12,090 nt of DNA from Octopus sinensis (lineage: Eukaryota), in the NCBI RefSeq assembly GCF_006345805.1, contig NW_021826703.1, positions 1-12,090 of the forward strand, given 5' to 3'. The notes below the pieces were generated by a model. It was not told where the DNA came from. It was given only the letters and a program-made list of their open reading frames with translations, and did not search any database. Each line of letters starts with the position of its first letter. The stretch's first letter is position 1. Position numbers and translations under genes: made by a program. Shown here piece by piece: positions 7,634 to 12,090 of this stretch.

Positions 7634-8010
7634 GGAGGCGCAATGGCCCAGTGGTTAGGGCAGCGGATTCGCGGTCGTAGGATCGCGGTTTCGATTCCCA
7701 GACCGGGCGTTGTGAGTGTTTATTGAGCGAAAACACCTAAAAGCTCCACGAGGCTCCAACAGGGGATGGTGGTGATCCCTGCTGTACACTTTCACCACAA
7801 CTTTCTCTCACTCTTACTTCCTGTTTGTTGCCTGTATTTCAAGGGGCCGGCCTTGTCACTCTCTGTGTCACGCTGAATACCCCAAGAACTACGTTAAGAG
7901 TACACGTGTCTGTGGAGTGCTCAGCCACTTACACGTTAATTCACGAGCAGGCTGTTCCGTTGATCGGATCAACCGGAACCCTCGTCGTCGTAACCGACGG
8001 AGTGCTTCAA
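7634..8010 (+). mobile_element. tRNA-headed SINE family C (5' half shared with family B, different 3' half) with ~12-bp TSD
   Basis: A box TGGCCCAGTGG (7644-7654), B-box-like GGTTTCGATTCCC (7687-7699), 3' hairpin CGTCG-TAAC-CGACG (7986-7999). GTGTGTGGGGGG flanks both sides (7623-7634 and 8011-8022). Confidence 0.85.
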
Positions 8011-8469
8011 GTGTGTGGGGGGATGCCTGTAATATTTGTTTCTTCTGTTTATATACGTTCATGTAATTTGTATTTTGTTTTTGTTGTTGTTTTTATTTAT
8101 TCTTATTTTGTTCATGTGTTTACATCCACCCATTATTATCATTACAAATGCTTGTATGTATGTGACCATTCCGAAATATAACAATATCTGTTCCAACACA
8201 CGACTTCACATAAAAAATCTTGCACAACAAATATATAAACGTACTATACATATATATATATATATAATATATATAACAAAAATTAGAGATGGAGAAATAT
8301 ACTTAATCAGTAAAACATCAACTATCCGATGATACTCAATCCATACTTTATACACATTACATATGAGTAAGGTAATAATACAAAAATGAAATGAGAATAT
8401 ACAGTAATAGTAACAAGATAAAGAGATATAAGTAAAAAATTTTCAAATATAATATGCAAATAAATCAAA

Positions 8470-8578
8470 ACTGACAGCTGTTTCGGCAGTGAGGACAGTC
8501 ATACCTCATTTAACTATAAGCCATAAAGGCAAGGTATAAATGAGGCATTAACAAGGATGACCCACGGCCTCTTCAGAG
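8470..8578 (-). ncRNA. Type I hammerhead ribozyme motif with an 85-nt extended stem II
   Basis: Minus: CTGAAGA (8576-8570), GGC...GCC closing stem II, GAAAC (8484-8480), AGCT, then GTC^ (8475-8473). All canonical core positions are present. Confidence 0.68.
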
Positions 8579-8926
8579 AATTAAATTAAATTTGTTATAA
8601 TAGGTGTGAAAAATATTATACAATCATATATAAATATAAAATATAAAAATATAAAAATGTAAAATATAAAAACTTATTACATCATAAAGCTACACTTCTA
8701 TAATATAATACACATTTGTACAAAAAAGGAAGGTAAACAGAACAAAATAAAACCAAAATATAAATAGTGTATATATTAATATCAATAAGTACCGATATTA
8801 TACATATTTGGCTAATAGTTTTTATATATATAAAAAAAAGGCTAACATATATGGAGATGAAAGATAATAATTAAATCCGTGGTACAGTTCATAAGATTCT
8901 AAAGCTAAAAAGTAATAAAAATTACT

Positions 8927-8928
<2 letters not shown>

Positions 8929-8957
<29 letters not shown>

Positions 8958-8977
8958 TAATAATAATAATAATAATA
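8929..8977. repeat. (TAA)n microsatellite
   Basis: Directly visible, one interruption. Confidence 0.92.
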
Positions 8978-10729
8978 AAAAAATATAATAAAAAATAGAT
9001 ACAGTTAAGTTAGCACCAAGTCCATCCTTACAGATCGAAATAACTATGAGTTAAGAAATGCTGACCACTAGGTAAAGAAAATATAGATTAATTCGATTGG
9101 CTATTGGTTTGAAATTTAAATCACAAAAGGAAATTATCGGTTGGTTAGTCGGGAAAGCCAATATTCACACACGCATCTACAGATCAATCGCACATACACA
9201 CATAGTAATATGCATATGCATACACTTATACACATACATAATTACAAGCAACAACTAGCACTAGATAAACAAAAAGGGGGAAGCAACTATGCTACAATTT
9301 AGTCCTTCAAAATTATAATTGTGCCTCAATAATAAAAGAAAAACCATCCATGCATTCCATAAAATATTTAATTTAGATATAAATATATTTTTAAATATCA
9401 GTATGTACTAAGTCAGATACTTATTTTGGGTAAACTTAAAATTTATAACACCGGTTTTTTGTTGCAGAGTAAAACATACGGTTGTTAGATTTTTTTAGAT
9501 TATGTAAGTTTGTTATGGTTTTAAGTACGCTAAATTATAAAATAAAAATATAAAATAATATTAATTTAAATATTATAAATAAGTCAATTATTAAATTAAT
9601 AAATATAGTGCCATAATATACCAGTTTAGGCATTAAAGAATAGAAGGGAAGTATTAATGTAAACGCTTATGAGAAATCACAGAAATTTTAAATAAATTTA
9701 TATTATAAAGACTTAAGATGAAAAGAGATAAATAAATAAGAAGGAAATAAATACGAAGGAATAATACGGTTATACACATAATATAAGTACAAACCAGTAT
9801 ATATGTATTCATATATTATTAAAATTAAATAAAAATAAATGATAGATATGTATGTATAAAACCACCCCAGTATAAGTAAATAAGTAAAAAATAAATAGAT
9901 AGCAAATTAGATGACTTGATATGTATGTAAAACTCTACACTTAAAAAGGCAAATAAATAAATAAATAGAAGACTAGATGCAAAATTGATAATATTACAAT
10001 AAAATGGAAAATAAATAAAAAATAATAAATAGAGTGAATATATATGTTATATTGTTGAAAGTAAATATGTATGGAAGGATAGTTTAAAGTACAGATCCAG
10101 AACACTATAGATATAAACTAAATATAAGAGGCTAGTAATATTATAAAGCATAATGCATGTAAATGAGAAAATGAAAAAAATTGAAAAAGGTTTATCAGTG
10201 AATAGCATAAGATACAAATTAAGGTGAGTACAAAAAGCCAAATATACAATAAAAACCTTCCAAATAAACACATACAAAAAACCTATAATCTCAACCTAAA
10301 ACCCACCAAACTCACAAAAGGCTCTCATATATTACATATTATACAATTCATACATTATCAGAGCTAGGTATCTACCAAGCTATAGATATATATATATACT
10401 ATGCAATATGCTATGCAATATTGGAAAACTTCAAAAAAAATCCACATTACAAGGCAAAGTACCAAAATGAATATGTTATTTTATGTCATATTGCAATTCT
10501 CTTAAAAAACAACAAAAAACCCACATACCAAAAACATGAAACCAAAATACTAGACACATCCATTAATTATTATACAAATGAGCTATAAAAATTATAAAAT
10601 TATAAAATATATAAATTGTATACTTTAGAAATTATAGAAGACCACAGGTATTATTTAGTTAAAGAAGGGAGTTAAAAAATTAATAATAGTGGAAGTGCTA
10701 AGTTCTATTGAATCTAGAAAGGTGAACGG

Positions 10730-12090
10730 TAGCCTATGAATACAAAGAAGTTTTTTTATTAATGTTTGTAATAATTTGCCGACCCGCTTTAATAATGAAG
10801 AAGAGAAAATTCATTAATACATAGAGAGCATTTTTTATTTTTTCCATTATAACAGGTGCTGAAGTTAGTATTTTCCAGTTTAATCTAAAATCTAAGTCTT
10901 ATTTTTAAGCTCCCACCAAATGTATGCACTTAGCCCTGTAGAGTACATTCTATTTTTATTCCTAAAGTATATCTGTGATAATTCCATCTTTGTTTTATGC
11001 TATTCATAGTTGCCCCGATATACACCCTACTACTCAATTGTGTATCTACAGTGCATTGGTAAACTACCTCCTTCCTGAGGCATTGATTACCAAAACACAT
11101 TTATTTTTTATTCTGAAATTACAAAGATTAACAGAATGAGGAATCTCGAAATTGGACACACCCCCTATACTACTATTCACATTATAAGTGTTACAATTGT
11201 TATCATCATCCAAACCCAAAATCAACGAATGAGTTAATTTCACATTATCGGCTATATTCTATCACTAGTACTAGTATTGGTAGTAGTAGTATGATCTATT
11301 TCATTTTATTATCTCTGACAGGTATGGTGCACTCATTATTAGTAAGGAGGTTGTTCCCATTTATTCCAAGAAAGTTTCTATTCCTATTATTAATGAAGAG
11401 GGGCAAGTTTTCCTGGTCTAAATTCAATTTTCTATCCTTATAGAAGTGATCTAGTTTCTTGTTATTAAAGAGGAGTAATGGTGGCTAGATTATGAGTAAT
11501 GCTATATCCCACTCTAACAGTACCGTTGTTAATTAAAGGACTAAATTTATTCTTATCCTTACCAAATGCCTAAAAAGAACATTATGCAAAGCTCTCACTA
11601 TGTTTGTTTTAATCTGCATTGCATATGGGATAATCAACCAAAGAGTATCTTATCAGAATTAGGATTGCCTATAGAATTAATGTTATTTGTAAAAATCCTA
11701 TTCGTAGACCAACTCATAGGATTACTATTCTTACCACTGTCATTGTTATATTTATCTATATCAATATTACCATGTTAGTGCGCAAGTAAACTTTACCATT
11801 ATCATGTCTACCATAAGTTTTAATTCGTATATTATTATTAATATTCCTACTATTACCCATATGTTTAGATCTATTTGAGCTACCGTTCACCTTTCCAAGG
11901 TTAACATCACTTCTACATTTATTATAGGTGTTATCATATATTCCATTTTTACAATTCTTATGTATATTGTTGATTATCCTAAATCTATTTGTGTTGTTTT
12001 TCTGATAGTTCTACCTCCATTAGGGGGTTTCACCTTAGGTATAAACAAAATCTTACTTTTATAACCTGCCTTAAGCAATGCTGCATTGTA
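10730..12090 (-). pseudogene. Penelope-like retroelement ORF, C-terminal part (thumb/linker plus GIY-YIG endonuclease), heavily disrupted; RT core expected beyond the window end
   Basis: Motifs in order across several frameshifts and stops: YNAALLKAGYKSKI (12090-), WLIIPYAMQIKTNI (11640-11599), TVRVGYSITHNL (11521-11486), CNFRIKNKC..GNQCL (from 11123), VVYQCTVDTQLSSRVYIG (11067-11014), KQRWNYH (R at 10989), LSAYIWWELK, NWKIL, KCSLCINE (CSLC at 10830-10819). This layout recalls the Hydra-type PLE clade; the clade call is tentative. Confidence 0.85.

Larger units (their letters stand above)
8276..10729 (-). mobile_element. AT-rich 3' region / pseudo-LTR of the Penelope-like element
   Basis: Lies downstream of the GIY-YIG ORF on the same strand, contains a hammerhead motif near its end, and terminates at a (TA)n run (about 8250-8275). 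Continuity across the whole interval is inferred, not proven. Confidence 0.5.

Noticed and set aside
11566-11778. 70-aa hydrophobic plus-strand ORF
   Set aside because: Antisense to the A-rich PLE linker; the hydrophobicity comes from T-rich codons.
10730-12090. Stop codons in the PLE as possible selenocysteine recoding (as in some Naiad PLEs)
   Set aside because: The stops are a mix of TAA, TAG and TGA associated with frameshifts, and the endonuclease is C-terminal. This is ordinary decay.

Overview
AT-rich eukaryotic DNA made almost entirely of repeats. The SINE and microsatellite make-up strongly resembles an Octopus (coleoid cephalopod) genome; this is inferred from recalled repeat families. 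No intact host gene is recognisable, and most listed ORFs are microsatellite or SINE artefacts. Recognisable elements are: a Helitron PIF1-helicase fragment (1-239, -); the left end of a mariner (1340-1616, -); a ~1.4 kb (TATG)n array; a 5'-truncated RTE LINE with three C-terminal C2H2 fingers embedded in (TATG)n (3360-4048, +); several tRNA-headed SINEs; a CR1-type LINE 3' end (5972-6320, -); and a decayed Penelope-like element (PLE) thumb/linker/GIY-YIG ORF (10730-12090, -) followed by a long AT-rich 3' region. The most notable structure lies at 5.6-8.6 kb: four different hammerhead-ribozyme-like motifs, all on the minus strand. One has an 85-nt rod-like stem II. Two sit inside long fold-back repeats whose arms start 20-22 nt downstream of the predicted cleavage site. 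Identities and folds were worked out by hand, and family names come from recalled motifs, not database searches.
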